Below are positions 30,418 through 41,825 of a stretch of DNA of 64,000 nt, in pieces. Source of the stretch: Gammaproteobacteria bacterium (GTDB lineage: Bacteria; Pseudomonadota; Gammaproteobacteria; CAJXQU01); assembly GCA_045110495.1 (NCBI GenBank), contig JBGCGE010000045.1:10462-74461 (forward strand), given 5' to 3'. The position numbers and the translations under genes were made by a program. Position 1 is the stretch's first letter. Every line of letters starts with the position of its first letter. The notes below the pieces were generated by a model. It saw only the letters and a program-made list of their open reading frames with translations, was not told where the DNA came from and ran no database searches.

Positions 30418-30543
30418 TCATTCTAAACTCGGGGGGATTTTTACTTCTATAAGTGTATGGAAACGAATAGTTTGAAGGCTCAGATCTGGAAGCTAATCAC
30501 TTGAATTAGTCGAATAAACTCTTTTTTATTAACCGTTTTCAAG

Positions 30544-30592
30544 TTAAAAGAAGAATGCTAAGCGCTATCAAATAGCACTTAGCATCTTGTCT
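30544..30592 (-). terminator. Rho-independent terminator for the minus-strand gene ending at 30620.
   Basis: 13-bp stem ATGCTAAGCGCTA / TAGCACTTAGCAT. The single mismatch becomes a G-U pair in the minus-strand RNA. Followed on the minus strand by UCUUCUUUU. Confidence 0.6.
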
Positions 30593-30619
30593 CTATCCGA
30601 CTTGTTTCTTTGGGTGAAA

Positions 30620-31036
30620 TTATCCCCAGCCTAGTTGTTGCAAACTGATTGTGTCATTCCAGACCTTGGTTAAGTGTTTGATTTTATTTCCATCAAAAAC
30701 CATCGCGTAGACATAATCTGCTGTAATTGATTTTCCCGTTGGTGGTACTGGCCCGCCTTCACCAGTTTGTGTGCCTTTGAATACTGCAAATGCTGTGACG
30801 GTATTGTTTGCTTCATCCGCAGAAAAAGACAGTAATTCATAATGTGCATCAGGAATGGGCGTGAATAGACCTTTCATCCATTCGGCATAGCCTTCTATGT
30901 TCGATATTTCTTCAAGCACCGTTGTTTGTGCAGAAAAGGTAGCATCTGGAAGGCAGTATTCCTTACAGCCTTCCCATCCTTTTCCAGTTTCGCATGCTTC
31001 AAAAAAAAGTTTTGCGGGTTCTAAAATGTTGCTCAT
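30620..31036 (-). CDS. SnoaL-like / NTF2-fold protein (ester-cyclase-like).
   Basis: 138 aa. Conserved NTF2-like pattern (FTPIPDAHYEL ... AFAVFKGTQTG ... KIKHLTKVWN). Confidence 0.5.
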   Translation of the reverse strand: MSNILEPAKLFFEACETGKGWEGCKEYCLPDATFSAQTTVLEEISNIEGYAEWMKGLFTPIPDAHYELLSFSADEANNTVTAFAVFKGTQTGEGGPVPPTGKSITADYVYAMVFDGNKIKHLTKVWNDTISLQQLGWG

Positions 31037-31409
31037 CGGTACTCCTCCACCATTAGTAGGATTAGTTAATTATAAAATTCTAAATTGTTTTTGTTAATGC
31101 TGCGCACCAGCTCAAGGTATCTTCCTGAAATCTAGTGGATAAATATATACCAATGTATAAATAGATCCAGCAATGTGAATGAAGGCTTTACAAGTGAGTT
31201 CATTCGCCTGGTTTGTGTTGCTTTGCTATAAGCGATTCCTTCAAAAAATCACCATATTCGCGTATCAGAAAAAGGGTTTGCTGAGCTCAAAAGAAGCCAG
31301 TAAACCGTACCGAGCTGTATAGGGTTTTAGATCTTGCCCGATCTTTGCTATGTTACGGTGCAGCCATTAAGGTAATATCAACGTAATTGGACTACTAAGG
31401 TGTATAACT

Positions 31410-31820
31410 ATGAAGAAAGCCCTCGTTTTACTAATGTCGATGATCGCATTCCATTCCCCGGTACTTCTCGCCGAGGAGAACATTGTAATAGAGCTAAATA
31501 AACTTGAAGACAAAGACGATAGTTGTCGTGCTTATCTGGTCTTCAAGAACAAAACCCCTTCACAATTTAACGAGTTCAAACTTGATCTGGTTATGTTTGG
31601 CGCTGATGGCATTATCAGTCGCCGTTTAGCGGTTGATTCTTCGCCATTAAGATCAAATAAAACCAGCGTAAAATTATTCGATATTGATGGGCTTTCCTGT
31701 GCAGGTATTAGTCTGATTTTGATCAATGATGTCTTGAGTTGTCGCGATGAATATGAACGCAATGATTGTGTCGATTTGATCGAAACGACTTCAAAAGGGA
31801 ATGTCTCTTTTACGAAATAA
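31410..31820 (+). CDS. Secreted hypothetical protein with four Cys, first gene before exbB.
   Basis: Signal peptide MKKALVLLMSMIAFHSPVLLA, 136 aa, no recognisable domain. Confidence 0.4.
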   Translation: MKKALVLLMSMIAFHSPVLLAEENIVIELNKLEDKDDSCRAYLVFKNKTPSQFNEFKLDLVMFGADGIISRRLAVDSSPLRSNKTSVKLFDIDGLSCAGISLILINDVLSCRDEYERNDCVDLIETTSKGNVSFTK

Positions 31821-31869
31821 CATAATATTATCCGTGAATAATGTCTAATAATAATTATAGGAAAGTAGT

Positions 31870-32526
31870 ATGAACGCGACACTGGAAAGAGCTTCATTTT
31901 TATTGGATGCGGGCGGCATTGTCCTCATCATACTATTGATTCTATCTGTCATTGCCTTGGCCATCATTTTGTTGAAATTCTGGCAGTTCAGACAACTACG
32001 ATTAAACGATCAAGGCTTTATTCAACATACGCTTGATTACTGGCGCGCCGGGCAAGCGAATGCGGCGATGGTTGAGTTGTATAGAACTTTCCATCCGGCA
32101 GCGCGGGTAATGGAAGTTGCAATCAGAAGTATCGCCGAGAGGCGTGTTGGCGAAAGTACAATCCGAGAAGAAGTGACGCGTGAAGGGGTAGAACAAGTCG
32201 AAGAATTACGATCACATTTACGCAGCCTCGAAGTGATCGCAAGCATAAGTCCACTGTTGGGTTTACTCGGTACGGTGATGGGAATGATCAATGCCTTCCA
32301 GCAAATGGAAATTGCCGGAACCCAGGTCAGTCCGTCGATTCTTTCAGGTGGTGTGTGGGAAGCCTTATTAACGACTGCGGTAGGATTAGCGATTGCGATT
32401 CCAGTCGTCGTGGTTTTGAACTGGTTTGAACGCCAGGTCGAGAAAGCAAAACATACAATGGAAGATACTGTCACTCGTATCTTCACAATCCAAATGACAG
32501 CGCTACCCGAAGAAGAGAAAGAGTGA
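31870..32526 (+). CDS. exbB: MotA/TolQ/ExbB proton-channel protein.
   Basis: Three TM segments with the ExbB signature region (SISPLLGLLGTVMGMINAF). Confidence 0.8.
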   Translation: MNATLERASFLLDAGGIVLIILLILSVIALAIILLKFWQFRQLRLNDQGFIQHTLDYWRAGQANAAMVELYRTFHPAARVMEVAIRSIAERRVGESTIREEVTREGVEQVEELRSHLRSLEVIASISPLLGLLGTVMGMINAFQQMEIAGTQVSPSILSGGVWEALLTTAVGLAIAIPVVVVLNWFERQVEKAKHTMEDTVTRIFTIQMTALPEEEKE

Positions 32527-32531
32527 TCTAA

Positions 32532-32936
32532 ATGCAGTTTGATTTTTCATCTAGTCAGGCACAGCAACCGCGAGCATTAATAAGTTTGACGCCACTAATC
32601 GACGTAGTTTTTATTTTATTACTTTTCTTCTTACTCGCTTCCAGTTTCCTTGAATGGCATACGATCAAATTATCAACACCTGCGACGCAAGGAATGGTGG
32701 CTAATTCTTCGGGAGGTGCGGTGTTGATCAGGCTAGGATCAAATGGCGTGCTCGATATAAATGGGCGTCCGGTGCTTATCAATGAACTGCCGAGTAAATT
32801 AACTCAATTTCTGGATAAAAAACCTGATCAAAAAATTCTTATTCGGCCAGCGAAAGGCGTTCCTTTGCAGCCGGTCGTTAGTGTCCTCGATGCGGTGAAA
32901 AAAGCCGGCGGACAAAATGTTTCTTTAACACGGTAA
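32532..32936 (+). CDS. exbD: ExbD/TolR biopolymer transport protein (copy 1).
   Basis: Single N-terminal TM segment (LTPLIDVVFILLLFF), ExbD fold, 134 aa. Confidence 0.75.
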   Translation: MQFDFSSSQAQQPRALISLTPLIDVVFILLLFFLLASSFLEWHTIKLSTPATQGMVANSSGGAVLIRLGSNGVLDINGRPVLINELPSKLTQFLDKKPDQKILIRPAKGVPLQPVVSVLDAVKKAGGQNVSLTR

Positions 32937-32956
32937 GAGACACGATAGATACGTCA

Positions 32957-33361
32957 ATGAGATTTCCTAAAACAGAAAAAAAACGACAATTAATTGATCC
33001 GATTCTTCCACTGATCAATGTTGTGTTTTTACTTTTGATCTTCGTCATGATGATGTCGCGCGTTGAAGGCACCGATGGTTATGACGTTAAACCGCCAGTC
33101 TCCACAAGTGAAGATCCTGCGGGCACTCAAGAACGAATTTTGATATTAACGGAAGAGGGCGACATCCAACTCAATGGCATGGACATAAATGAAAGTTCAT
33201 TATTAAAGTTTGCGCAAGATCAAAAACGCGATGCGCCTAATCAAATTGTAAAGATTAAAGCAGATGCGGATGTTGATGCGATGAAATTGATCTCACTGAT
33301 GGAAAAATTACGCATCGGTGGAATTGAAAATCTGGTCTTGTTAACCGAGAAAGGCAATTAA
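32957..33361 (+). CDS. exbD: ExbD/TolR biopolymer transport protein (copy 2).
   Basis: ILPLINVVFLLLIFVMM TM segment, 134 aa. Confidence 0.75.
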   Translation: MRFPKTEKKRQLIDPILPLINVVFLLLIFVMMMSRVEGTDGYDVKPPVSTSEDPAGTQERILILTEEGDIQLNGMDINESSLLKFAQDQKRDAPNQIVKIKADADVDAMKLISLMEKLRIGGIENLVLLTEKGN

Positions 33362-33370
33362 TAATCGGTA

Positions 33371-34600
33371 TTGGAAATGTTGACCGCGGGAAGCTCATCA
33401 AACGATTCTACAACCAACAATAACCGTTTTATTGAAAATAATAATTCTGCTCAAATTGTTGCGGTTACACTTCTTTCCGTTTTATTACATTCAGGAATTA
33501 TCTTCTGGTTTGCTTCTCAATCAGTAGAATTTCCAACGGTAGAATTCAGTGAGTTTAAAGTGGGCTTAGTTAGTTCTGAAGGACTAGGTGAAACCTTGCA
33601 AGCAAACTTACCGGATATTGTGGCTGTATCAGAAGTGGTGACAGAAGAGTCAGGCATTGTGGCGCTGCAAGATAAAAGTGCCAGCGATGTTATTCAGGAA
33701 CAAGTGATCGTTGAAGAAATAGAACAAGCATTGACTCCAGTACAAAGTGCGTTGACAGAAAATATAGAAGTCGCAACGGTAATCAGCTCAGAAGCCGCCA
33801 GTGTTGCTGATGTCTCTTTGCCTGAGATCAAAAATGTAGAACTAGCCCTGACGAATGAAATTGAAGAATCGCGTCCAATCGAAGTGGTCGAAACAATCGT
33901 TCCTTCCGCAAGCTCAAATGAAGAAGTGATCGAAACGGCAGGCATTTCTGCTGAAGTTGAAAATGTTGATCCGGTAAATGATTTTTTCAAACCGGCAGAA
34001 ATTTTATCAGAAGGTGATCCAATTGCATCTCTACCAATTGAATATGTAGTTACTTTGCCTGCACCAACCGCAATTCAACCCGATAATAATCCTGTCCTCG
34101 TTTCAAACGATGTTGAAATTCTGGAAATTAAAGCACGTGATGTAATTACCGTTAAGCCTAAACCAACGACCACACCCAAAAAAGTGGCGATTCTAACGCG
34201 GGGTGATGAGTCATCACGCCCAAGGCAAAGTCTTGCTGTAAACGTAGATTCAAATGATGCTGATCAAAAACCTTTAGTAAAAAAAGCTGAACCACCTAAA
34301 CCTGTGGTCATTCCTAAAACGTATGTTTTAGAATTAAAAAATTGGCTCAGTCAATATAAAAAATATCCGGCCAATGCGTATCGTTTAAAACAAGAAGGGG
34401 TTGCGATTGTCGGAATTGTGATCAACCGAAGTGGTGAAATTATTTCTTATGATATTAGAAGAAGTTCAGGTCATAAGGAATTAGATCTGGAAGTCGAAAA
34501 TATGATCAAACGTGCTGCAAAAATGCCCGCATTACCTGCCGATTTTCCGAGAGATCAATTGGAGTTGTTGATTCCGATTCGGTTTAAGGTTAAGGGTTGA
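33371..34600 (+). CDS. tonB: TonB-family energy transducer.
   Basis: N-terminal TM segment, long acidic and Pro/Lys-rich periplasmic spacer, C-terminal TonB domain (YPANAYRLKQEGVAIVGIVINRSGEI). Confidence 0.75.
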   Translation: MEMLTAGSSSNDSTTNNNRFIENNNSAQIVAVTLLSVLLHSGIIFWFASQSVEFPTVEFSEFKVGLVSSEGLGETLQANLPDIVAVSEVVTEESGIVALQDKSASDVIQEQVIVEEIEQALTPVQSALTENIEVATVISSEAASVADVSLPEIKNVELALTNEIEESRPIEVVETIVPSASSNEEVIETAGISAEVENVDPVNDFFKPAEILSEGDPIASLPIEYVVTLPAPTAIQPDNNPVLVSNDVEILEIKARDVITVKPKPTTTPKKVAILTRGDESSRPRQSLAVNVDSNDADQKPLVKKAEPPKPVVIPKTYVLELKNWLSQYKKYPANAYRLKQEGVAIVGIVINRSGEIISYDIRRSSGHKELDLEVENMIKRAAKMPALPADFPRDQLELLIPIRFKVKG

Positions 34601-34680
34601 TTATTTAAGATCATTGTTTCCGTTCAACAAAATATGAAAATAGTGACTGCTCAAATTAAAAAGGACTTCAATCCTTCGTT

Positions 34681-35016
34681 ATGAAAACTCCGGCCAGGCG
34701 TTTTTTTATGACGCATTTCATTATTTCTATAATGGCGGTTTTAGCAATTCCAGTATGTTTAATACTATATGGTTCTTGGGTTTATCAGTTTTATGAAAAG
34801 CCTGTTATAAATTTTTGTGATTCATTACAAGAAGGGGCTGAATACAAGAGTGTAATAACAAAATCTGAGAATGTTAAAAATGCTTCGATCAATAAATTTA
34901 CTCGAGCAAGTAATTTGGTTCAATTACGCAGTGACACTTTTTTTCTTGGCTATATTTGTTTTATGAAATTCAAAGATGGAAAGCTTGTAAAGGCTTATTC
35001 AAGAGAAGCAGATTAA
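34681..35016 (+). CDS. Small membrane-anchored hypothetical protein.
   Basis: One N-terminal TM segment, 111 aa, no motif. Confidence 0.3.
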   Translation: MKTPARRFFMTHFIISIMAVLAIPVCLILYGSWVYQFYEKPVINFCDSLQEGAEYKSVITKSENVKNASINKFTRASNLVQLRSDTFFLGYICFMKFKDGKLVKAYSREAD

Positions 35017-35073
35017 AATAAAAGAGCAAGTTATGATTGAGAAAAATGATAATCAATCTTAGAAAGCATCAAC

Positions 35074-35955
35074 TCAACGAATCTGTTCAACCCTCACAAA
35101 AATATGATTCTGTTCACTACCGTATCGTTTTGTTTGATACGTTCCATAAGTATTTTTATTACGATATTCCTCAGTTACACCACCAAGCTCAATCCATTGT
35201 CCTAATTTTCCTGTGATGGTTGTCTCGGCTTGTTGAGTCTCAACGCGACCATAACCTGAAGAATTATTTACTCGTGATCTTTCTGGTGAAATAAACAAAG
35301 TGACATTATCGCCTGACAGATTTGGTACAACGTAAAAACCAGAAGTAATGTCGCGGTAATTTACCGAGTCATATACATCACTTCCGTAAGGACGTAAAAC
35401 TACTGTTCTTTCATGTTCAGGTATTGATTTGCCCGTTTGTATCCAGGCTGACTGGCCTTCGACAGTACGGACAAAATAGACATCATCATCGTCAAATTGT
35501 GAGCGCGTACTGTTACTTCGATATCGGACTCCTCCGTTTTTATCGCGTGCTGAAACTACAACTCTATTGCGAGAATTGGATCTTCGATTGCGAGTTTCGA
35601 TACGAACATTTCCAGAATTATAATAACCATCAACTCCGTGTTCACGATTTTGATGAGTAGATTGAGTATCATAGCGAACGCTTATTTTTAACGAACGAAG
35701 TGGCTGATCAATAACCTCTAATGTTCTGATCAGATCACGCATATTTTGATCAGTTGTTCGAATAATTAATTGATCGTTCATACCTGAAACACTGCCGCCT
35801 TCAACAACCAGTGGTTGTAAAATTGGAACCACATCATTCACCAAACGATGTTTAAGCGGAATAATTTCTAATGACATTTGTTCTGCATTGACAGAAAAAA
35901 TAATCATTAGATTTATTATAAAAAATGCGGCAACTTTATTTAAACTGGTTTTCAT
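35074..35955 (-). CDS. Secreted protein with one secretin-N (NolW-like) domain followed by an Arg/Asn/Ser/Tyr-rich low-complexity region.
   Basis: Signal peptide. LEIIPLKHRLVNDVVPILQPLV ... DQLIIRTTDQNMRDLIRTLEVIDQP matches the secretin N-domain pattern. The C-terminal TITGKLGQWIELGG resembles the end of a secretin domain. 293 aa. Confidence 0.45.
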   Translation of the reverse strand: MKTSLNKVAAFFIINLMIIFSVNAEQMSLEIIPLKHRLVNDVVPILQPLVVEGGSVSGMNDQLIIRTTDQNMRDLIRTLEVIDQPLRSLKISVRYDTQSTHQNREHGVDGYYNSGNVRIETRNRRSNSRNRVVVSARDKNGGVRYRSNSTRSQFDDDDVYFVRTVEGQSAWIQTGKSIPEHERTVVLRPYGSDVYDSVNYRDITSGFYVVPNLSGDNVTLFISPERSRVNNSSGYGRVETQQAETTITGKLGQWIELGGVTEEYRNKNTYGTYQTKRYGSEQNHIFVRVEQIR

Positions 35956-36464
35956 AATGAGAGACGACGGAAGTTAGGATCTTGCTGACCATGTTCCCAG
36001 TTCTGGTTAAACTCACGCTGAATTTCCGAGACGGTTTTTTGATCGTCAAAGTTTGCGCGACCCTCAAACCGATCAGAATGTGGTCGGCGAATATAGCCGC
36101 TGTCATCGGCCAGAAACAAAGCTTTGTTATAACTGCCGTGTTCTCTTCCGGGTTTGCGAATTTCGATAAAGCTGCTTAACCGTCCTGCCAGATCTAGTAA
36201 ACGGTGATTGTTAGAGTGAAGGCTTCCAGGATGCAAAACAATAATGCGGATCTGAGACAGTCGTGATCTTAACGCCAACTTTTTGATCGCATCGACAACT
36301 TCCGAAGTGTCATAGATACAAGGATCTAAATCTCGGCTAACAATATCCAGATGTCGGCGACAGTTGTTGATCATTTGTACTGCAATAGCGCGATTTTGAT
36401 CACTGGTTTCCAGAATCAATTCTTCATCTGTTTCGCCGAGAATATAGTTTTCGTAGTTCTCCAT
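35952..36464 (-). CDS. Hypothetical cytoplasmic protein downstream of purB; start probably at the internal Met (MENYENY).
   Basis: The ORF track start at 36509 would overlap purB by 35 bp. The internal ATG at 36464 has an AAGGAAAA ribosome-binding site and leaves an 8-nt gap. Stop and start overlap (ATGA) with the downstream secretin-N-like gene. Nothing similar recognised. Confidence 0.4.
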   Translation of the reverse strand: MENYENYILGETDEELILETSDQNRAIAVQMINNCRRHLDIVSRDLDPCIYDTSEVVDAIKKLALRSRLSQIRIIVLHPGSLHSNNHRLLDLAGRLSSFIEIRKPGREHGSYNKALFLADDSGYIRRPHSDRFEGRANFDDQKTVSEIQREFNQNWEHGQQDPNFRRLSL

Positions 36465-36474
36465 AATCTGATAA

Positions 36475-37848
<1,374 letters not shown>

Positions 37849-37950
37849 TTATACCGTAGAGATTGATTTTATGATCAGTTGATCTTACATGAATTAGGTT
37901 GCTAGCTCTAAGTAAGAAGATATATTTAAAGCGGTATCGATTTTTTAAGT

Positions 37951-38589
37951 CTACTCAAGCAAAGATTTAAGTTTTTCCCAGACAGTCTCAAGAATAATCG
38001 GCTGAGCGTGAGAATTTGGATGTAATCTGTCTTGTTGCATCAACTCTGGATTTTCGGATACGCCATCAAGTAAAAAGTGAACGAGTGGGATCTGATTTTG
38101 TTCAGCCAGCCGGGAGTAGGTTTCGATAAATTGATCTGTGTAAGCTTTTCCATAATTGGGCGGCAATTTCATCCCGATCAAAACCACGTCGCCATGACAG
38201 CTGCAATCATCGATCATTTTTTGCAAATTAGATCGCATGATTGACAAAGACTGGCCGCGTAAACCATCATTTGCACCGAGTTCTATCAAGCACAGATCTG
38301 GTTTGTGTTTATCAAGTAAATTTTTCAGACGAGCCAATCCGCCGGCAGTGGTTTCTCCAGAGATTGAGGAATTAACAATTCTCCAGTGCGATTTCTCCGG
38401 AGATTTCTGTAAACGATCTTCTAATAATGCAGCCCAACCTTGTTCTAACGGAAGGCCGTGCGCTGCGCTGAGACTATCGCCGTGTATAAGTATTGTTTTT
38501 GCTGAAACTGTTGTTGAAAGAATAAGTCCCATAGCTATAAAATTTAAAATAGAAAATAATATAAAAAATAAATGCCTGACTACATACAT
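37951..38589 (-). CDS. tesA: GDSL-family arylesterase / acyl-CoA thioesterase I / lysophospholipase L1.
   Basis: ILIHGDSLSAAHGL (GDSL motif), conserved GANDGLRG, DxxHP at the C-terminus. Divergent from the ybbA-like ABC gene, as in Enterobacteria. Confidence 0.8.
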   Translation of the reverse strand: MYVVRHLFFILFSILNFIAMGLILSTTVSAKTILIHGDSLSAAHGLPLEQGWAALLEDRLQKSPEKSHWRIVNSSISGETTAGGLARLKNLLDKHKPDLCLIELGANDGLRGQSLSIMRSNLQKMIDDCSCHGDVVLIGMKLPPNYGKAYTDQFIETYSRLAEQNQIPLVHFLLDGVSENPELMQQDRLHPNSHAQPIILETVWEKLKSLLE

Positions 38590-38630
38590 ATCCGATTCTC
38601 GATTTTCAATGCCCCAACTGACAATACAAT

Positions 38631-39311
38631 ATGATCGAAGATAAAATTATTCAATGCGACAACGTTAGCAAAGTTGTCGCAACAGCGGAAGGTCAACTGA
38701 CTATTCTTAATGACATTTCATTTGCTATTTCAAAAGGTGAAACAGTTGCTATCGTTGGCCAGTCAGGTTCTGGTAAAACGACATTGCTCAGTTTGCTTGC
38801 TGGTCTGGATCTGCCGAGCATGGGAAGCGTTCAGTTATTTGATCAACAACTGGAAGCGCTGGATGAAGATGGTCGGTCTGAGTTACGTAATCGTTCTATT
38901 GGTTTTGTCTTTCAGGCATTTCACTTGCTGCCTGGTTTTACCGCGCTTGAAAATGTGATGGTGCCGATCGAAATTCAGGACGATGTAGATCCGCAACAGC
39001 GCGCAACGCAGCTATTAAAAGAAGTTGGCATGTCACATCGACTGGATCATTTTCCCGCAACCTTGTCTGGTGGTGAACAACAGCGGGTTGCGATTGCACG
39101 CGCTTTTGCAACACAGCCACCGATGCTACTGGCAGATGAGCCAACCGGAAATCTTGATGCGGAAACCGGACAGACGCTTATTGATCTATTGTTCAAATTG
39201 AATGCAGAGCAGGGCACGACATTGATCCTGGTGACGCATGATGAAGCGTTGGCCTCCCGATGTTCTCGACGTTTTAGATTGGACAAAGGTCAGTTGCAGG
39301 TTATCGAATGA
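38631..39311 (+). CDS. ybbA: ABC transporter ATP-binding protein (YbbA/LolD-like).
   Basis: Walker A GQSGSGKTT, ABC signature LSGGEQQRVAIARA, Walker B LLADEPTGNLD. Confidence 0.85.
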   Translation: MIEDKIIQCDNVSKVVATAEGQLTILNDISFAISKGETVAIVGQSGSGKTTLLSLLAGLDLPSMGSVQLFDQQLEALDEDGRSELRNRSIGFVFQAFHLLPGFTALENVMVPIEIQDDVDPQQRATQLLKEVGMSHRLDHFPATLSGGEQQRVAIARAFATQPPMLLADEPTGNLDAETGQTLIDLLFKLNAEQGTTLILVTHDEALASRCSRRFRLDKGQLQVIE

Positions 39312-41803
39312 TCTCGACATTCTATTTGCGTTTGATCAAACGTCAGTGGCGTCTGGGAGCCGTACGCTTATTTTGTCTGGCTGTCGCGATTGCTGTCGCA
39401 GTAACGTTCAGTATTAATTTATTAAGTGATCGACTGGAACAATTATTTAATCAGCAAGCAAAAGAAGTGCTGGCGGCAGATCAGGTTTTAGAATCAACAT
39501 CCGCATTATCAATTAACCAAAAATCAGTTTTAGATTCTTCAACAATAGAAAAGGCCGAAACGGTTGTTTTTCCTACTATGGCAAGCGCTGAAGAAGAATT
39601 TTTACTGGTGAATTTGAAAGCCGTTTCAGAACAATATCCTTTACGCGGACAGTTACGAATCGCCGACGCTTTGTTTGAAGATCCGGTTCCGATCAGAACT
39701 GGACCCGCGATCGGAAAAGTCTGGGTAGAAGATCGCGTACTCAATGCATTGAATATTACGATAGGAGATCAACTTACTATCGGCGATCAAAAATTTGATG
39801 TAGAAAAAGTACTGGTTTATGAACCTGATCGCGGTGGTAGTTTTTATAGCTTCACACCGCGCGTAATGATGCATTTAGATGACCTTGCAGCGACAGGTGT
39901 TATCCAGGCTGGTAGCCGAGTCAAATACTATTATTTAATGGCAGGCGAGTCTGAAAGCCTTCAACAAATGCGTGATCAACTTAGCTCCGACTTGCAAGCA
40001 AACCAACGTTTTCTGACGGTCGAAGATACCAATGCTACTTTAGCCACAACATTGGAACGCGCATTTAGATTTTTATCGATTACCGCATTAATCGCTGTCT
40101 TGCTGGGAGCGGTCGGCGTGGCTTTAGTTAGTTATCAATATGCGCGAGAAATGACACAACCTTATGCCATTCTGCGATGCTTAGGTTTACATGGAAAACG
40201 TTTAAAAATATCTGTGATTTTACCACTATTTGTTTTCTCATTAGCTGCGATCTTGATCGGTTTATTGATCGGTTATGGCGCACATTTATTATTGCTCAAT
40301 AGTCTCGGAGGTTTATTACCCGATAACTTGCCTGGCGCGACAATTAAACCACTATTTATTTCTTGTTTGATGGCTTTGATCGTTGTGGTCAGTTTTGCTT
40401 GGCCGTTTATCTCACAATTGCTAACAACATTGCCGAAGCAGTTATTACATGCGACTGAGGTGCAAGCTTTTCCTATTGTGCGAGCCTCAATAGGCATGAT
40501 GATCGGGATTTTGATTCTGGTGCAAATTGCGACGCAAGAATGGCGTTTAAGCTTTGGTGTCATCGGTGGAGTGGCAGTTTTCGTTGCTCTGGCTTATGGC
40601 TTAACTCAATGGATCATTAACCTGTTAGTTAAGCATCGACAACGAAAGGGTAATGCTTATGCAAAACTGGGAGCAAGAATGCTCAGCGCAAATCGGCGGA
40701 TGGCGAGCATGCAGATTATTGCGATTGGGATCACCTTTTTCGCGTTAGCATTAATCCAAACACTACGTGATGATTTGCTTTCAACATGGCAATCAAAAGT
40801 CCCAGAAGATGCACCGAATGTCTTTGCGATGAATTTATTTGAAAGTGATAAAGCACTTTTTCAGTCGTTGCTAGAAAGAGAACAAATTACGCATAGTCCT
40901 TTTTACCCCGTCGTGCGAGGTCGGCTGACGGAGATCAATCAACAAGCTGTACAACGACGAGTAAGCAAAGAAGAAAAAGGTAATCGGGCAACAGAACGCG
41001 ATCTGGCTTTAACCTTTAGCCAGGAATTACCCAAAGATAATTTGATCACAAATGGAGCATGGCATGCAGCCGTTCCAGAAAAAGAGTCAAGCTCCGTTCC
41101 TGTTTCCGTCGAAGCAGAATTAGCCGAGCGTTTAGAAATTAAGTTGGGCGACAGATTGGATTTCACCATCGCAACGCAACGATTGTCAGCTATCGTAACC
41201 AGTCTCCGATCAGTCGAATGGGAATCTTTTACGCCCAACTTTTATATGATGTTTCCCCCCGGTGCGTTGGATGATTTACCGATCACATATCTAGGCAGTG
41301 TGCACTTAGAAAAAGAAAGAAGATCATTAATGGCTGACTGGATAAAACAATTTCCTAACGTCGCGTTTTTCGATGTCGATTATTTATTAAAAAGAATACA
41401 AGGGATTACACAGCAGCTGAGTTTGGCCTTACAAACGATTCTTTATTTTTCGTTAATTGCGAGTCTGGTTATTTTTATTTCCATTGAATTGATCCTTTAT
41501 CATTACCGAAGCTATAGCACCGCGATCTATAAAGCCCTGGGCGCAAAGACCAGTCTGATCCAGAAAATGTTTCGATCACAATTTATTCTGATCGGATTGA
41601 TCGCAGGCGGAATTGCATATGGTCTAAATCTGTTAACCAGTTTTCTTCTGAGCAAATATTTTATAGAAGGCGAAACTCAGATCAATATAAGCACGATTAT
41701 TCTTTGTTTAGTGATCACACCATTGTTAGTTTTGATCGCCGGTATGATTTCTATTCAAAGAACTAAATCAGTATCTGCCAAGGAATTGTTGGTTTCAGAG
41801 TGA
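39308..41803 (+). CDS. ybbP: FtsX-family ABC transporter permease (YbbP-like, duplicated FtsX module).
   Basis: 831 aa with two permease modules and large periplasmic loops. Start overlaps the ATPase stop. Confidence 0.75.
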   Translation: MISTFYLRLIKRQWRLGAVRLFCLAVAIAVAVTFSINLLSDRLEQLFNQQAKEVLAADQVLESTSALSINQKSVLDSSTIEKAETVVFPTMASAEEEFLLVNLKAVSEQYPLRGQLRIADALFEDPVPIRTGPAIGKVWVEDRVLNALNITIGDQLTIGDQKFDVEKVLVYEPDRGGSFYSFTPRVMMHLDDLAATGVIQAGSRVKYYYLMAGESESLQQMRDQLSSDLQANQRFLTVEDTNATLATTLERAFRFLSITALIAVLLGAVGVALVSYQYAREMTQPYAILRCLGLHGKRLKISVILPLFVFSLAAILIGLLIGYGAHLLLLNSLGGLLPDNLPGATIKPLFISCLMALIVVVSFAWPFISQLLTTLPKQLLHATEVQAFPIVRASIGMMIGILILVQIATQEWRLSFGVIGGVAVFVALAYGLTQWIINLLVKHRQRKGNAYAKLGARMLSANRRMASMQIIAIGITFFALALIQTLRDDLLSTWQSKVPEDAPNVFAMNLFESDKALFQSLLEREQITHSPFYPVVRGRLTEINQQAVQRRVSKEEKGNRATERDLALTFSQELPKDNLITNGAWHAAVPEKESSSVPVSVEAELAERLEIKLGDRLDFTIATQRLSAIVTSLRSVEWESFTPNFYMMFPPGALDDLPITYLGSVHLEKERRSLMADWIKQFPNVAFFDVDYLLKRIQGITQQLSLALQTILYFSLIASLVIFISIELILYHYRSYSTAIYKALGAKTSLIQKMFRSQFILIGLIAGGIAYGLNLLTSFLLSKYFIEGETQINISTIILCLVITPLLVLIAGMISIQRTKSVSAKELLVSE

Positions 41804-41825
41804 CCGCTATTAAGTGGAAAAAGCC

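Noticed and set aside
31037-31409. Possible cobalamin riboswitch upstream of the tonB cluster
   Set aside because: Only a weak resemblance (GCAGCCATTAAGG) to a B12-box and no supporting stem architecture could be seen. It cannot be supported without a covariance-model scan.
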